This document shows, piece by piece, positions 20,575-31,233 of a stretch of DNA of 64,000 nt. The notes beneath the pieces were generated by a model. The model was not told the DNA's origin. It saw only the letters and a program-made list of their open reading frames with translations, and searched no databases. The translations under genes were made by a program, and so were the position numbers. The DNA is taken from NCBI GenBank assembly GCA_963810275.1, contig CAWENF010000003.1, forward strand, positions 115,855-179,854. Reading direction: 5' to 3'. Origin of the DNA: an uncultured archaeon. Its GTDB lineage: Archaea; Thermoproteota; Bathyarchaeia; Bathyarchaeales; Bathycorpusculaceae. Position 1 is the first letter of the stretch; each line of letters opens with the position of its first letter.

Positions 20575-20858
20575 AGCAGGTAATAAATCACTAACATAAC
20601 AATCACCAATGACAATGCTAGAATCAGAATTTGTTTAACGGCTTTTTTATCTGTGCCAAAAATTATGGGTATGGGGCCAATCATGATGACGCCTGCAGCG
20701 TGGGTTTCTGTTTTGGTTTTGCATTTGCTCTGACGAGAATAGAGGATAACCATAGCAATTATCACAATTACGATGCCCACAACGACTAAACCTAAACCCA
20801 GTGTATAGAGGACGTCTAAATTTGCCATCCAAACCCTCAAGCAGATTTGAGCCGCCAA
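20565..20858 (-). CDS. DUF131/TIGR00304 membrane protein (tandem paralog)
   Basis: AGVIMIGPIPIIFGTDK motif. Confidence 0.85.
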   Translation of the reverse strand: MAAQICLRVWMANLDVLYTLGLGLVVVGIVIVIIAMVILYSRQSKCKTKTETHAAGVIMIGPIPIIFGTDKKAVKQILILALSLVIVMLVIYYLLWR

Positions 20859-20935
20859 CTGTTATAAACGTAGCCAACCCAAAAGATACACAAAAAATTA
20901 AAAGCGCAAAATCGCTTTAAGGGTGTCGGCGCAAC

Positions 20936-21778
20936 ATGACCACAGAAACCCTCATATATGAAATCCAAGCCAAAAACCCCAAAATTAGCAAAGAAGACAT
21001 TATGACACGTTTAGAGGCAGAGAGAGCCAAATGCGGGGAGCTCTTAGGCGACGAAACTTTGTTGCGGTTGATTGCAGCTAAACTCGGCATAAAGTTGCAG
21101 CAAAACACTTTTGTTAACTGCGGCTCAGGCTCCATCTCGTCTGGACGCCTGTTTGCGGGACTCTATGATGTTAACGTCTCAGGGCGTTTGATGGCGGTTT
21201 TTGCTTCGAAAACTTTTCAGGGGCAGGAAAAATCAGGCAAATTCGCCACGCTCATGCTAGGCGACAGCGACGGATTACTACGGGTGGTGTTATGGAATGA
21301 GAAGGCAGAGTTGGTTGAGCGGGGCGAGTTAAAGGCAGGGCAGAATGTGCGGTTTGTGCATTGTTACACACGCAACGACCGCTATGGTAAAACCGAATTG
21401 CACCTGAGTGACAAGTCCCAAGTTGAAATGCTGCCAGAAGAAAAAAGCCAAAGTTCACCCATTGAGAAGTTCACACAAAAAATCGACAGCTTAAACCCTA
21501 ACTCAGGCAGCGTCCACTTAGTGGGGACAGTTAAGGCGGTTTTGGGCAAAACAGGCTTCACCAGAGGCGATAGCGACGGCGTAGTGATGCGCTTGGCATT
21601 TAGAGATGATTCGGGTGAAGCGGTGGTGGTTGTTTGGAACGAGAAGGTAGATGAGGCGGAAAAGAAGCTTCGAGACGGCAGCAAGCTGCTACTTGTTAAT
21701 GCGCGAGTTAAAGAGGGCAGAAATGGCGGGTTAGAGGTGCATGTGGACTCTAATACTGCTATAGAAGTTCAAAAATAG
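20936..21778 (+). CDS. Replication protein A / OB-fold ssDNA-binding protein
   Basis: Two OB folds (D..G.lRVVLWN and DDSGEAVVVVWN). Confidence 0.85.
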   Translation: MTTETLIYEIQAKNPKISKEDIMTRLEAERAKCGELLGDETLLRLIAAKLGIKLQQNTFVNCGSGSISSGRLFAGLYDVNVSGRLMAVFASKTFQGQEKSGKFATLMLGDSDGLLRVVLWNEKAELVERGELKAGQNVRFVHCYTRNDRYGKTELHLSDKSQVEMLPEEKSQSSPIEKFTQKIDSLNPNSGSVHLVGTVKAVLGKTGFTRGDSDGVVMRLAFRDDSGEAVVVVWNEKVDEAEKKLRDGSKLLLVNARVKEGRNGGLEVHVDSNTAIEVQK

Positions 21779-21952
21779 GATGAAAACAGATTTTATTGGA
21801 TTTTCGAACATGCCTCGGGTATAGATATCACCTTTTGGTCGCAGGAAGATATTTTCACGTTGCATCGCCAGTTTGGAAAACTAAATGCGCTATCTTGCAG
21901 GGAGGATTTTTCTTATAATTTTAAGCACACATAATTAGTACAATGGAACGAG

Positions 21953-22480
21953 TCAGACCTTGTTTTGCTGGTCCTCTTCAAGGTACAGTTTACGTTTACG
22001 CTCATACGGCGGAGGTGCTTCACATTTGGGCTTATAGAGGCGGCGTAAGGTAGCAGCATTGTTTTTCACGCGCTCAAGACGACGTTTAGCGTTCTTAATT
22101 TTTTCTAGTTTTACTAGGTCAGATACTTTACCGAATTTCTCCACCGTCCCATTATCGAGTGTACGTTCGACTTTTATGCAGTCGTCCACCATGCAGTTAG
22201 CCACGCAGGCGCCGCAGTATACGCAAAGGTCCTCGATTAAGCCGACTTCGCCTGTGCCCCAGTACAACGCGTTTGTGGGGCATTTGTCTATGCAGAGCTT
22301 GCACTGTGCGCCGACACAGGTGAATTTATTGATGCTGATTTTGCCGTCTTTGTAGTGTTCCTTGATTCCAGTGGGTTCAAGAAGTTCTTTACGTCTTTTT
22401 TTTCGTTCTTCTTCCTCGCTTACCGCTTCCTCTTCTTCGTTCATTAAGTCGAAAATGGAAGGCGGATTGGACGACGGCAT
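21953..22480 (-). CDS. 4Fe-4S dicluster ferredoxin-like protein
   Basis: CVGAQCKLCIDKCP and CVYCGACVANC. Confidence 0.85.
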   Translation of the reverse strand: MPSSNPPSIFDLMNEEEEAVSEEEERKKRRKELLEPTGIKEHYKDGKISINKFTCVGAQCKLCIDKCPTNALYWGTGEVGLIEDLCVYCGACVANCMVDDCIKVERTLDNGTVEKFGKVSDLVKLEKIKNAKRRLERVKNNAATLRRLYKPKCEAPPPYERKRKLYLEEDQQNKV

Positions 22481-22664
22481 AGATTAGGCTCCAAAGTAGT
22501 TGTGGAATTAAATGCAGTTTTGAATTATAATTACCTTATCCATTCAGTCGGAGTTTTTGAATAGTTAACTGCGGTTTTAGCTTTGCTAAACGCTTGTCTA
22601 AAGTTTATTAAAGCCTGCACATTTCATGGAATTAGTGCTAATTCTATTTTTTTGAGGAAGATGG

Positions 22665-24107
22665 ATGAGTGTATCTGGCTCAAAGGCGATTTTGCCCCAC
22701 AACCGAATCATTTTAGCCACGATCGTTTTAGGCACCCTCATGGGAGCGCTGGACAGCACCATCGTACTTTTAGCGTTTCCAGTCATAAACGACAGTCTCC
22801 ACTCCGACCTCGCCACCTCCATCTGGATAATCTTATCCTACATGCTGGTACTCGCCGTCGCCACCACCCAGATGGGTAGAATCGGCGACAGCTACGGACG
22901 CAGCAAAATCTTCAACTTAGGCTTCATAATCTTCACCGTCGGCTCCCTTCTATGCGGCTTATCCACCCACATTTACCTGCTCATCGCGTTCCGGGTTTTA
23001 CAGGGAACAGGTGGCGCCATTTTGCAGGCGACAAGCGGAGCCATAATCGCGGACGTTTTTCCTCCTAAAACGCGGGGTAGAGCGTACGGGTTTAACGCGT
23101 TGGGGTACACGGCGGGCGCCATGCTTGGCATCATTTTAGGCGGCGTTTTAGCGACTTTTGTGGGGTGGGAGTTTATTTTCTTCATAAACGTCCCCATCGG
23201 CGTGGTCGCAATTGCCATCGGGTTGAAGTACCTAAAGGACGCAGAGAAGACCTACAAAAAGCTGGATTTGGCTGGTATGGGGCTGCTTGCGGCGGCTCTG
23301 GTGCTGCTTACTTTGGGGTTGGTGAATTTTGCTGCTCAGGGCGCAAGCGTCTACAACGTGGCCACGGTGGTGGTGGGTGCTTTGCTGACTCCGGTTTTTG
23401 TGCTCTACGACCGGCGGCTTGAGAATCCCCTCATTGACTTTGAAGCCTTAAAAATTCGGGTGCTGCGTAACGCCATCGCTGCGGCGTTCTTTTTGAGTGT
23501 CGGCTACTTTAGTGTGGTGTTTTTGCTTATCATGTATTTGCAGGGGATACGAGGGTTGTCGCCGCTTGACGCTGCGCTTCTGCTGGTTCCCGGCTACATG
23601 GCAGGCAGCTTTCTAGGACCCATTATGGGCAGACTAAGCGACAGGTACGGCTCACGCGAAATAGCTACGTTAGGCGTGTTCTTTTTGGCTCTTGCCATAC
23701 TGGTTTACTTGACTATGACGCCTACTTCTTCGTTCTACATTGTGCTTTTGGGTTCGGCGGTTTCGGGGTTGGGTACGTCGATGTTTTTCCCCGCCAACAA
23801 CAGTGCTGTCATGGCTAATGCTCGGGCGGGGTCGTTTGGCAGCATCTCGGGTTTGCTGCGCACAGTGCAAAATATTGGGTTGGTGAGTAGTTTTGTGTTG
23901 GCGATTTCGGTTGCTGCTGCTTCTGTTCCCCGTCAGGTGGCGTTTGAGATTTTTGTGGGCACGTCCATCTTGACGGGTGGAGTGAGTAAAGAGTTTTTGC
24001 TGGGCATCCACAACGCCTTCTATGTGTCCATTGCTATACTGACGGTTGCGGGGGTAATGTCGCTTATCAGGGGTAAAGAAGTGCGCAGCAGACTAGCTAA
24101 AGCCTAA
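22665..24107 (+). CDS. MFS transporter (DHA2-type)
   Basis: GRIGDSYGR, GRLSDRYG and WEFIFFINVP motifs. Confidence 0.93.
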   Translation: MSVSGSKAILPHNRIILATIVLGTLMGALDSTIVLLAFPVINDSLHSDLATSIWIILSYMLVLAVATTQMGRIGDSYGRSKIFNLGFIIFTVGSLLCGLSTHIYLLIAFRVLQGTGGAILQATSGAIIADVFPPKTRGRAYGFNALGYTAGAMLGIILGGVLATFVGWEFIFFINVPIGVVAIAIGLKYLKDAEKTYKKLDLAGMGLLAAALVLLTLGLVNFAAQGASVYNVATVVVGALLTPVFVLYDRRLENPLIDFEALKIRVLRNAIAAAFFLSVGYFSVVFLLIMYLQGIRGLSPLDAALLLVPGYMAGSFLGPIMGRLSDRYGSREIATLGVFFLALAILVYLTMTPTSSFYIVLLGSAVSGLGTSMFFPANNSAVMANARAGSFGSISGLLRTVQNIGLVSSFVLAISVAAASVPRQVAFEIFVGTSILTGGVSKEFLLGIHNAFYVSIAILTVAGVMSLIRGKEVRSRLAKA

Positions 24108-24124
24108 ATTTGGCATCCGCCTAA

Positions 24125-25096
24125 ATGTGTACCAATCGGTGCATGAAAGTGGGTAAAGCTAAATTCGGAGTGTTCCTGCCCTTCTATGCCTTCCAAGGCA
24201 ACCCCAACCAGCAGTATCAGCAGCTAAGAAACGTGGTTTTGGAGTGTGAACGACTCGGCTACGACTCGGTTTGGCTGGACGACCACCTCATGTACAGGGA
24301 CGCATCGATTTTGGAGTGCTGGACCACCCTGTCCGCGCTTGCCGCAGCCACCAGCAGGATAAGGTTGGGCACGATGGTTTTATGCAGTGCACACCGCAAC
24401 CCCGCATTGCTTGCAAAGGCGGCGGCGACGCTAGATGTGATTTCGGGCGGTAGGCTGGAGTTCGGGTTAGGCGCAGGCGTGCAGGAGGCGGAGCATCAAG
24501 CGTACGGTTTTGGGTTCCATAGTGGGGAGCGTAGGGTTTCGGAGTTGGGGGAGGCGTTGGAAGTGGTTAGGCGGCTGTGGACGTATCCCAAGGCATCATA
24601 TCAGGGCAGGTACTTCCAGTTGAGGGATGCTGTTTGTGAGCCTAAGCCGTTTCAGAAGCCTCATCCGCCCGTCATTGTGGGTGGTGGAGGAGAAAAGCAC
24701 ACGCTTAAGGTGGCGGCGAAGTACGCTGACCGCTGTGACTGGGGCTTTCTGCCGCTTGATGTGTACAGGCATAAGCAGACGGTGCTACATCAGCATTGCG
24801 AGGCGCTTGGCAGGAACTATCGGAGTATCATGCAGTCTGCTTGGCCCGGCGGACAAATCCTTATGGCAGCTAACCAGTCGGAGTTGGAAGAAAAAATCGC
24901 CAAGTACAAGCCAGAGGGTACCTCGCTTGAATCGTTTAAACAGTACACGCTACTCGGCACACCAAAAGAGTGCCTTCATGGATTTCAAGTCTACGCAGAT
25001 CTTGGGGCATCATACTATATGTTGTACTTTGCGGATTTGCCCAGCGTCGAAGGCTTACGGCTATTCAAAGAAGAGGGCGCGTGCTTGCTCGGCTAA
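24125..25096 (+). CDS. LLM class flavin/F420-dependent oxidoreductase
   Basis: WLDDHL, LDVISGGRLEFGLGAG and PKP.QKPHPP motifs. Confidence 0.9.
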   Translation: MCTNRCMKVGKAKFGVFLPFYAFQGNPNQQYQQLRNVVLECERLGYDSVWLDDHLMYRDASILECWTTLSALAAATSRIRLGTMVLCSAHRNPALLAKAAATLDVISGGRLEFGLGAGVQEAEHQAYGFGFHSGERRVSELGEALEVVRRLWTYPKASYQGRYFQLRDAVCEPKPFQKPHPPVIVGGGGEKHTLKVAAKYADRCDWGFLPLDVYRHKQTVLHQHCEALGRNYRSIMQSAWPGGQILMAANQSELEEKIAKYKPEGTSLESFKQYTLLGTPKECLHGFQVYADLGASYYMLYFADLPSVEGLRLFKEEGACLLG

Positions 25097-25444
25097 AGGT
25101 CCCCTCGCAGAATATGCGCTAACTCGTGAAGCAAGATTTCCTCAAATGTGTGGTAGGGATTTTGGCGAATCAAGAATAATGTAGTCCGCGTCGTCGCTTT
25201 CGTCGCCGTTGAAGATGCAGGCATCCGTCCCCTCAAAAGAGAGAACATACCCCCACTCCTCAATCTCACGAAGTTGGTCTTCTATACAGTCGCGACTCCG
25301 TAGAACATCGTTGAAGTCGCCATCGCTGAGTAGAAGTGCCTTAACCCGTGGGAGGGGTTTGCTACTGATTCTATGCCAAATCTCATACAGCTGCCATTGT
25401 GGAACCTGAGCAGCCTGCAACCTTAACCCTTCAAGCATAACCAT
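25093..25444 (-). pseudogene. Small zincin-like (HExxH) protein split by a 1-nt frameshift near 25172
   Basis: Shifted frame continues DYIILIRQNPYHTFEEILLHELAHILRGDL*. Confidence 0.65.
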
Positions 25445-25589
25445 AAAAAACCGACCGAAAAGCAGATAGGCCTCCAGCTAAGGCAAGACAAATAATAAAG
25501 CAGCTGTTTATGTAGTAAAAGCATTTGCAGTAAACACTACACAACCACAAAAAACTTCAATATATAATTCTAAAAAACAAACATAGTGA

Positions 25590-26201
25590 CTAATGATGTT
25601 TTAGCCAGTCCGCCAGCGTCACCTGATTTGTGTTTCCAGTTTTCTCCAACGAAACAATCCCACGCTCAGAGAGACGTGCAAGAATGCGGTGAGTCTGGAG
25701 TCTGCTCAAGCCTGCTTCGGCTTTTATATATTTTTGCAGATACCGTCCGTCATGAGCTTTTAAGGAGTCTATGACTTTTCGTTCGTCTTTGGTTAGGGTT
25801 TTGGAAATGGATTCGTAGACGTCAACGGCGGGGGCTTGGTGTGCTGAAGCTGCTTCGATTTGGGCTGCGTCTGGTCCGCTTCGGATTTGCGGGTAAACCA
25901 GGTAGTAGCTTATGCCAATTACACCTACAATGGCTATGACGATTAGCACTGCGAACGCAACGCCAAACATGGGCAGCAGGGCATCGGTTGCGGGTGTCGG
26001 CGTAGGGGTTTGTCCCATCATGCCGCCCATTCCACCCATTCCATATCCGGTGTCTCCGTCTCCGCCCCAAATTTGGCTCATCCAACTGTTTGGGTCACTT
26101 TGGCTGGTTTGGGCAAAAACGGCGAAACCTATAGTTGTTGCCGCAATTAAGGCGGCTGCGGCTGTTAATAGAAGGATTAGAAAAAGGTTTACACGCTTCA
26201 T
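25590..26201 (-). CDS. Membrane-anchored winged-helix transcriptional regulator
   Basis: Two TM segments, GMGGMGGMMG loop, C-terminal wHTH (LQKYI..GLSRLQTHRILARLSERGIV). Confidence 0.8.
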   Translation of the reverse strand: MKRVNLFLILLLTAAAALIAATTIGFAVFAQTSQSDPNSWMSQIWGGDGDTGYGMGGMGGMMGQTPTPTPATDALLPMFGVAFAVLIVIAIVGVIGISYYLVYPQIRSGPDAAQIEAASAHQAPAVDVYESISKTLTKDERKVIDSLKAHDGRYLQKYIKAEAGLSRLQTHRILARLSERGIVSLEKTGNTNQVTLADWLKHH

Positions 26202-26359
26202 TTTATATCTAAATTAGACTTATCCCGCATGGATTTAAGGTTTGCAAGAAAAACAACAAAAACTGACCAAAGAAACATATCAAAAAACTGTTTCACACCG
26301 GTTTTAGCCAACATCCAAACAACCCCAACAATATAATACTTTTTGAGGTGAAGACCAAC

Positions 26360-26673
26360 ATGAACACAAACCTAATCCTCGCAATACCCGCAATCGCAGA
26401 AGTCGCTGCCACACTCGTAAGAGTCGGAGCAGTACAACTCGACCAAACGACGACTTTCACGTCTGCATCCACCCAATACACAGGTTCTACCACCTAGCGA
26501 CGCGGGCAACTACCGCAAAATACCAACCAATTGGTGTATATAACGACACATACGCCGATCCAACATAGAGTGATGGACCAGATTGCTACGGTTATGGTTA
26601 AGGCGCAAAAAGCCAGAATCAATCGAACCCCTGCAATTGGGACACCGGATATGGATTTAGAGGCTGCTGGTAA
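26360..26673 (+). pseudogene. Degenerate small secreted-type protein
   Basis: GAGGTGA SD; signal-like MNTNLILAIPAIA; internal stops; GYG/CW-containing end. Confidence 0.4.
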
Positions 26674-26706
26674 AAAAGCAGACTAAATTGTTTTTGTTTT
26701 CCAGTT

Positions 26707-28335
26707 TTATTCTGTGGAGGTTGGCTTGTAACGAGATAAAATGCCTTTGCTAATTTTTGGTGCACGGGGCTTCCAAGCAGCCAAACGCGCTGCCAACTCT
26801 TCGTCGCTTAATTCGACCTTTAGCGTCCGCTTGTGGATGTCGATGGTTATTGTATCGCCATTTTGAATTGCCGCTATTGGTCCGCCTTCGAAGGCTTCTG
26901 GCGCAACGTGACCGATGCTGCCACCTCTGGTTGCTCCACTGAATCTGCCATCAGTGATGAGAGCGACTGATTCGGAAAGTCCCATACCAGCGATGGTTGC
27001 GGTGGGGAATAACATTTCAGGCATGCCGGGGCCGCCTCTGGGTCCCTCATAGCGGATGACGACGACGTCGCCTGCGACTACTTTGCCATCACGGATAGCG
27101 GTTAAGGCTTCGGCTTCGGAGTCGTAGACCTTTGCGGGTCCGGTGTGGTGCATCATTTTCTCCGATACACCTGCTGATTTGATGACTGAGCCTTTTGGCG
27201 CCAAGTTGCCGGTTAGGATTGCAATACCACCTTCTTTGTGGACAGGATCATCAAATGGACGTATGACTTGTCTGTCCAGCACTTGTGCGTTTTTGATATT
27301 TTCGTCAACTGTTTTCAGAGTAACGGTGAGCAAGTCCAAGGCGAGGTTAACTTTAATTTCAGACAAAACAGCAGGAACTCCTCCTGCTGCATCCAAGTCT
27401 TCCATTGCGTTCACGCCGCTTGGAATCATACTGCATATATGCGGGGTTTTCCTGCCCATCTCGTCGAATGCTGAGAGCGGAAGGGTTACGCCTGCTTCTT
27501 TTGCTATTGCGGGCAAGTGCAGAGTGGTGTTGGTTGAGCCGCCCAATGCCATGTCAAGAGCAATTGCGTTTTCGAATGCTTGTTTGGTCAGAATTTGGCT
27601 GGGTTTAAGGTCAGCTTGGACGAGTTTTATGATTTGTTTGCCTGTGGCTCTGGCGAGGCGGTGTTTGTATGCACTTGTTGCCAGCGAAGTTGCACAGTAC
27701 GGCAGTGAAAGGCCGAGGGCTTCGGTCATACAGGCCATTGTATTAGCGGTGAACATGCCGCTGCAGCTTCCGCATGTTGGGCAAGCTTCTGCTTCGAGCT
27801 CTTGGAGTTCAGCTGGGGTCATTTTGCCTGCAACTGCTTGTCCAAGTGCCTCAGGCATGTTGGCGTAGCTGACTTTTCTGCCGCGGTGTCGTCCGGCTGC
27901 CATGGGTCCGCCTGTAACCATTATGGATGGGATGTCGACGCGTGCGGCCGCCATGAGCATGCCCGGGGTGATTTTGTCGCAGTTTGAGATCATGACGAGA
28001 CCGTCTAGGCTATGAGCTTGCAGCATGATTTCTACTGAGTCGGCGATGATTTCTCTTGATGGTAGGCTGTAACGCATGCCCATGTGGCCCATTGCAATGC
28101 CGTCGCAAACAGCTATTGTGTTGAATTCGAAGGGGGTTCCGCCGGCGGCTAGGATGCCTTCTTTGACGGCTTCGCCGATTTGGCGAAGATGTACGTGTCC
28201 CGGGACGATGTTGGTGTAGCTGTTCGCTATGCCGATAAGGGGCTTAGCTAAATCGTCGTCATCTAAACCCAAAGATTTCAAAAGAGCACGATGGGGAGCT
28301 TTCTCGGTTCCAGTTTTAACATTGTCGCTTCTCAA
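26707..28335 (-). CDS. ilvD: Dihydroxy-acid dehydratase
   Basis: [22 protein letters not shown] and TDGRFSG motifs. Confidence 0.97.
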   Translation of the reverse strand: MRSDNVKTGTEKAPHRALLKSLGLDDDDLAKPLIGIANSYTNIVPGHVHLRQIGEAVKEGILAAGGTPFEFNTIAVCDGIAMGHMGMRYSLPSREIIADSVEIMLQAHSLDGLVMISNCDKITPGMLMAAARVDIPSIMVTGGPMAAGRHRGRKVSYANMPEALGQAVAGKMTPAELQELEAEACPTCGSCSGMFTANTMACMTEALGLSLPYCATSLATSAYKHRLARATGKQIIKLVQADLKPSQILTKQAFENAIALDMALGGSTNTTLHLPAIAKEAGVTLPLSAFDEMGRKTPHICSMIPSGVNAMEDLDAAGGVPAVLSEIKVNLALDLLTVTLKTVDENIKNAQVLDRQVIRPFDDPVHKEGGIAILTGNLAPKGSVIKSAGVSEKMMHHTGPAKVYDSEAEALTAIRDGKVVAGDVVVIRYEGPRGGPGMPEMLFPTATIAGMGLSESVALITDGRFSGATRGGSIGHVAPEAFEGGPIAAIQNGDTITIDIHKRTLKVELSDEELAARLAAWKPRAPKISKGILSRYKPTSTE

Positions 28336-28627
28336 ACTAAGTTACCTTCGTAAATGGTTAATCTGAAAATTATTTAGCGGCTGTGACTGTTAAGTTTTGC
28401 TTACCATGCTTTAGGTGCGGTTTGCAGTATTTGGTTTTTTCTTTATATGGATATGATGAATTCTACGGCACCAAAACACTGCAAATGAAGGACGTTGCTT
28501 TTCAGGTTCAAGTCACCTTCCAACGTCTGATGCTGTGTGACGTCGGGTTCTCTTGCCCACGCAAACATACATCCATGTTAAATTCTCCGTCATGCGAGTC
28601 TGGGAGCATTGCGAGAAAACAAAAAAA

Positions 28628-29083
28628 CTAATTCGGTTTTAATGTCTCAGCAAACGCCGCCGCAGCTTTAAGGTCGTCTTCGTTTGGGTGCCCTTTCTGC
28701 AATCCGCCCACTAACTTGAAGGGACCAAAAGTATCAAACCCCGTGCAGTTAAACTCGCCCACAACCATGTAGCCTTTAGCTTGAAGTTTTTCCCGCAGGC
28801 TGCGGTGGAATTTCTCTCCGTTGTTCGGTTGCCCGCTGGTGGAAAAAATAAATGCTTTACCATTCTGAGTTTGGGGCATGTTATCTGCAAACGCTAACAG
28901 GTCTTTGTGAGGTTTACTCATGTAGATGCCTGAGCCGAAACCTACCAAATCGTAGTCTTTGAGATCTGATGGATTTGTCTGCTTGGGCGTCTTCACCTCT
29001 GCGCCTATTACACCAGCGATTGTTTGTGCGACTTTCTGAGTGTTGTTGTGGTGATAAGAGTAACAGACAATGAGCGTTTTCAT
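28628..29083 (-). CDS. Flavodoxin family protein (paralog of 18279-18737)
   Basis: YSYHHNNTQKVA and DLVGFGSGIY motifs. Confidence 0.88.
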   Translation of the reverse strand: MKTLIVCYSYHHNNTQKVAQTIAGVIGAEVKTPKQTNPSDLKDYDLVGFGSGIYMSKPHKDLLAFADNMPQTQNGKAFIFSTSGQPNNGEKFHRSLREKLQAKGYMVVGEFNCTGFDTFGPFKLVGGLQKGHPNEDDLKAAAAFAETLKPN

Positions 29084-29296
29084 GAGACTCAGTCCTAATT
29101 CATTTGGGAAGCTGCCGCCTTAAAAATGCTATCATTAATGGATAGGATTCGTAGCTGCTTTCCAAAAGGTTAGCAGGTGTTTTCTGCATTTTTAGACGAG
29201 TTCGCTTGGATAAAGCAGGCGGTTAACAGGGTTATGCGTAAATATTATATGCGTGCTTTTGCTTCTTCGGTTTGCATTAAGGGTCTGTGGCTTAAT

Positions 29297-30802
29297 TTGT
29301 CTAAAGACGGCACTCGCACCATTGAAGAGATTAATGATAAGATACGAAAAGGCGACGCTCAAGTTTTAACTGCTGAGGAAATGAAAAAACTAGTCGAAAG
29401 CAGCGGCGTAGAAGTCGCCTTCAAAGAAGTAGATGTAGTTACAACTGGCACTTTCGGCGCTATGTGTAGCAGTGGTGCACTTATCAACGTGGGGCACTCA
29501 GATCCACCCATCAAAATCGACCGCGCATGGCTAAACGACGTCGCCGTCACACACCCCGGAGCGGCAGTCGACCTTTTTATCGGTGCCACCAACATGACCG
29601 ATAAGCACAACTATGACTACGGTGGAGGACACGTCATATCTGACCTTGTGTCAGGCAAAGAAGTTGATTTCCGAGCTACAGGGGTAGGCACAGACTGCTA
29701 TCCACGAACCAGCGTCCACACAACCATAACCAAAGACGACCTCAACCAGTTCCAACTCATCAACTTCCGCAACTGCTACCAAAAATACAACTGTGCAGTA
29801 AACGGGAGTGACGAAATCATCTATACGTATATGAGCAAGCTTTTGCCCCGATTCCGCAACGCTACTTTTAGTGGCGCAGGCGAACTCAATCCCTTAATGA
29901 ACGACCCAGACTATGAAACCATTGGGCTGGGCACACGCATTTTTCTTGGAGGCGGACAAGGCTACATCATCGGGGAAGGAACGCAGCACAGCCCCCAAAG
30001 CCAAGATGGAACACTAATGGTGAAAGGCGACGCTAAGAAGATGTCCTCCGAGTTTTTGCAAGGAGCCAGCTTCACTAAGTACGGCACCAGCATGTATGTC
30101 GGACTGGGCATCCCAATCCCTATCCTAAACATGGGAATAGCAAGGAAAACAGCGATTCGAGACAGCGAAATCTTCACCAACATCGTCGACTACAGTGTTC
30201 CCAGACGGGACCGACCTAAATACGGGAAAGTCAGCTATCAAGAACTCAAATCAGGCACCATAAACGTCAACGGAAAAAAAGTCCGCGTTAGCTCACTGAG
30301 CAGCATTAAAATGGCGAAACAAGTCTCCAAAACCCTCAAACAATGGATTGAAGAAGGTAAATTCACCCTTACAGCACCCATCGAGCGGCTCCCCACCAAC
30401 ACCACATTCAAACCAATGCGACAAACCGAGGAAATCCCGTTCGTCGTCAGTGTCATGCATGCCGCCGTCACCTGCACCGAAAACGAGGAAATCCGAGCCA
30501 TCGCAGAACGAATAGTCACCAAATCTGTCAACCACATTGTCGTCATAGATGATGTAGGCAAAATCCGAGGCATCGTCACCTCGTGGGACATCACCCGAGC
30601 CATGGCGGAAGGCAAAAAAGCACTCGCTGACATTGAATCCAAAAACGTGGTGACAGCCAAACCTGATGAGCCATTGGAAATCGCGTCTAAACGAATGGCA
30701 CAGCACAGCATTTCCGCCCTGCCTGTTATAGATATAGAAAAGAAGGTTCTCGGAATCATCACATCTGAAGACGTGTCTAGACTATTGGGGAGAGGAAACT
30801 AA
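29297..30802 (+). CDS. L-aspartate semialdehyde sulfurtransferase (DUF39 + CBS; MA1821-like homocysteine synthase)
   Basis: RTIEEIN.KI, VDVVTTGTFGAMCSSG and LNPLMNDP motifs; two C-terminal CBS domains; TTG start at 29297 preferred. Confidence 0.9.
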   Translation: MSKDGTRTIEEINDKIRKGDAQVLTAEEMKKLVESSGVEVAFKEVDVVTTGTFGAMCSSGALINVGHSDPPIKIDRAWLNDVAVTHPGAAVDLFIGATNMTDKHNYDYGGGHVISDLVSGKEVDFRATGVGTDCYPRTSVHTTITKDDLNQFQLINFRNCYQKYNCAVNGSDEIIYTYMSKLLPRFRNATFSGAGELNPLMNDPDYETIGLGTRIFLGGGQGYIIGEGTQHSPQSQDGTLMVKGDAKKMSSEFLQGASFTKYGTSMYVGLGIPIPILNMGIARKTAIRDSEIFTNIVDYSVPRRDRPKYGKVSYQELKSGTINVNGKKVRVSSLSSIKMAKQVSKTLKQWIEEGKFTLTAPIERLPTNTTFKPMRQTEEIPFVVSVMHAAVTCTENEEIRAIAERIVTKSVNHIVVIDDVGKIRGIVTSWDITRAMAEGKKALADIESKNVVTAKPDEPLEIASKRMAQHSISALPVIDIEKKVLGIITSEDVSRLLGRGN

Positions 30803-31233
30803 TGGGACGACTATATCTCCGCATGAATGAAGAGCAGGTTTCTGAGCCTATAGCCTCGCAAATCATCATCGAGTATAAGGTGCCCATGGCGATTCTTTCA
30901 GCGCATATTAACTCAAAGGGCGGCGAAATTCTCGTTGAAGTGCCAGATGAAATCGAGGACAAAATCGTGGAGGCTTTTCGCAGCCGAGGGGTCATCGTTA
31001 CCGTTCCCAAACTCATCGAAGTGGACAGCGAAAAATGCTTTAGCTGCGGCAGCTGTGTCGCGCTTTGCCCAGTGGAAGCGATCAAAACAACCCGAGACGG
31101 CTCCGTCGAATTTGATAAAGAACGCTGTTTGGGAAACACATGTGGGATTTGTGTTGATGCCTGCCCAGCGCGGGCCATCAAGTCGCTTAAGCCCAACGGC
31201 AATGGGAATGCTAACAGGGACAAAAAAAGTTGA
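30802..31233 (+). CDS. NIL-domain ferredoxin (MA1822-like)
   Basis: NIL-like N-terminus; CFSCGSCVALCP and CGICVDACP. Confidence 0.88.
   Translation: MGRLYLRMNEEQVSEPIASQIIIEYKVPMAILSAHINSKGGEILVEVPDEIEDKIVEAFRSRGVIVTVPKLIEVDSEKCFSCGSCVALCPVEAIKTTRDGSVEFDKERCLGNTCGICVDACPARAIKSLKPNGNGNANRDKKS

Noticed and set aside
28336-28627. Leader peptide upstream of ilvD (MVSKT*)
   Set aside because: Very short, not enriched in branched-chain codons, and upstream of the likely TATA box
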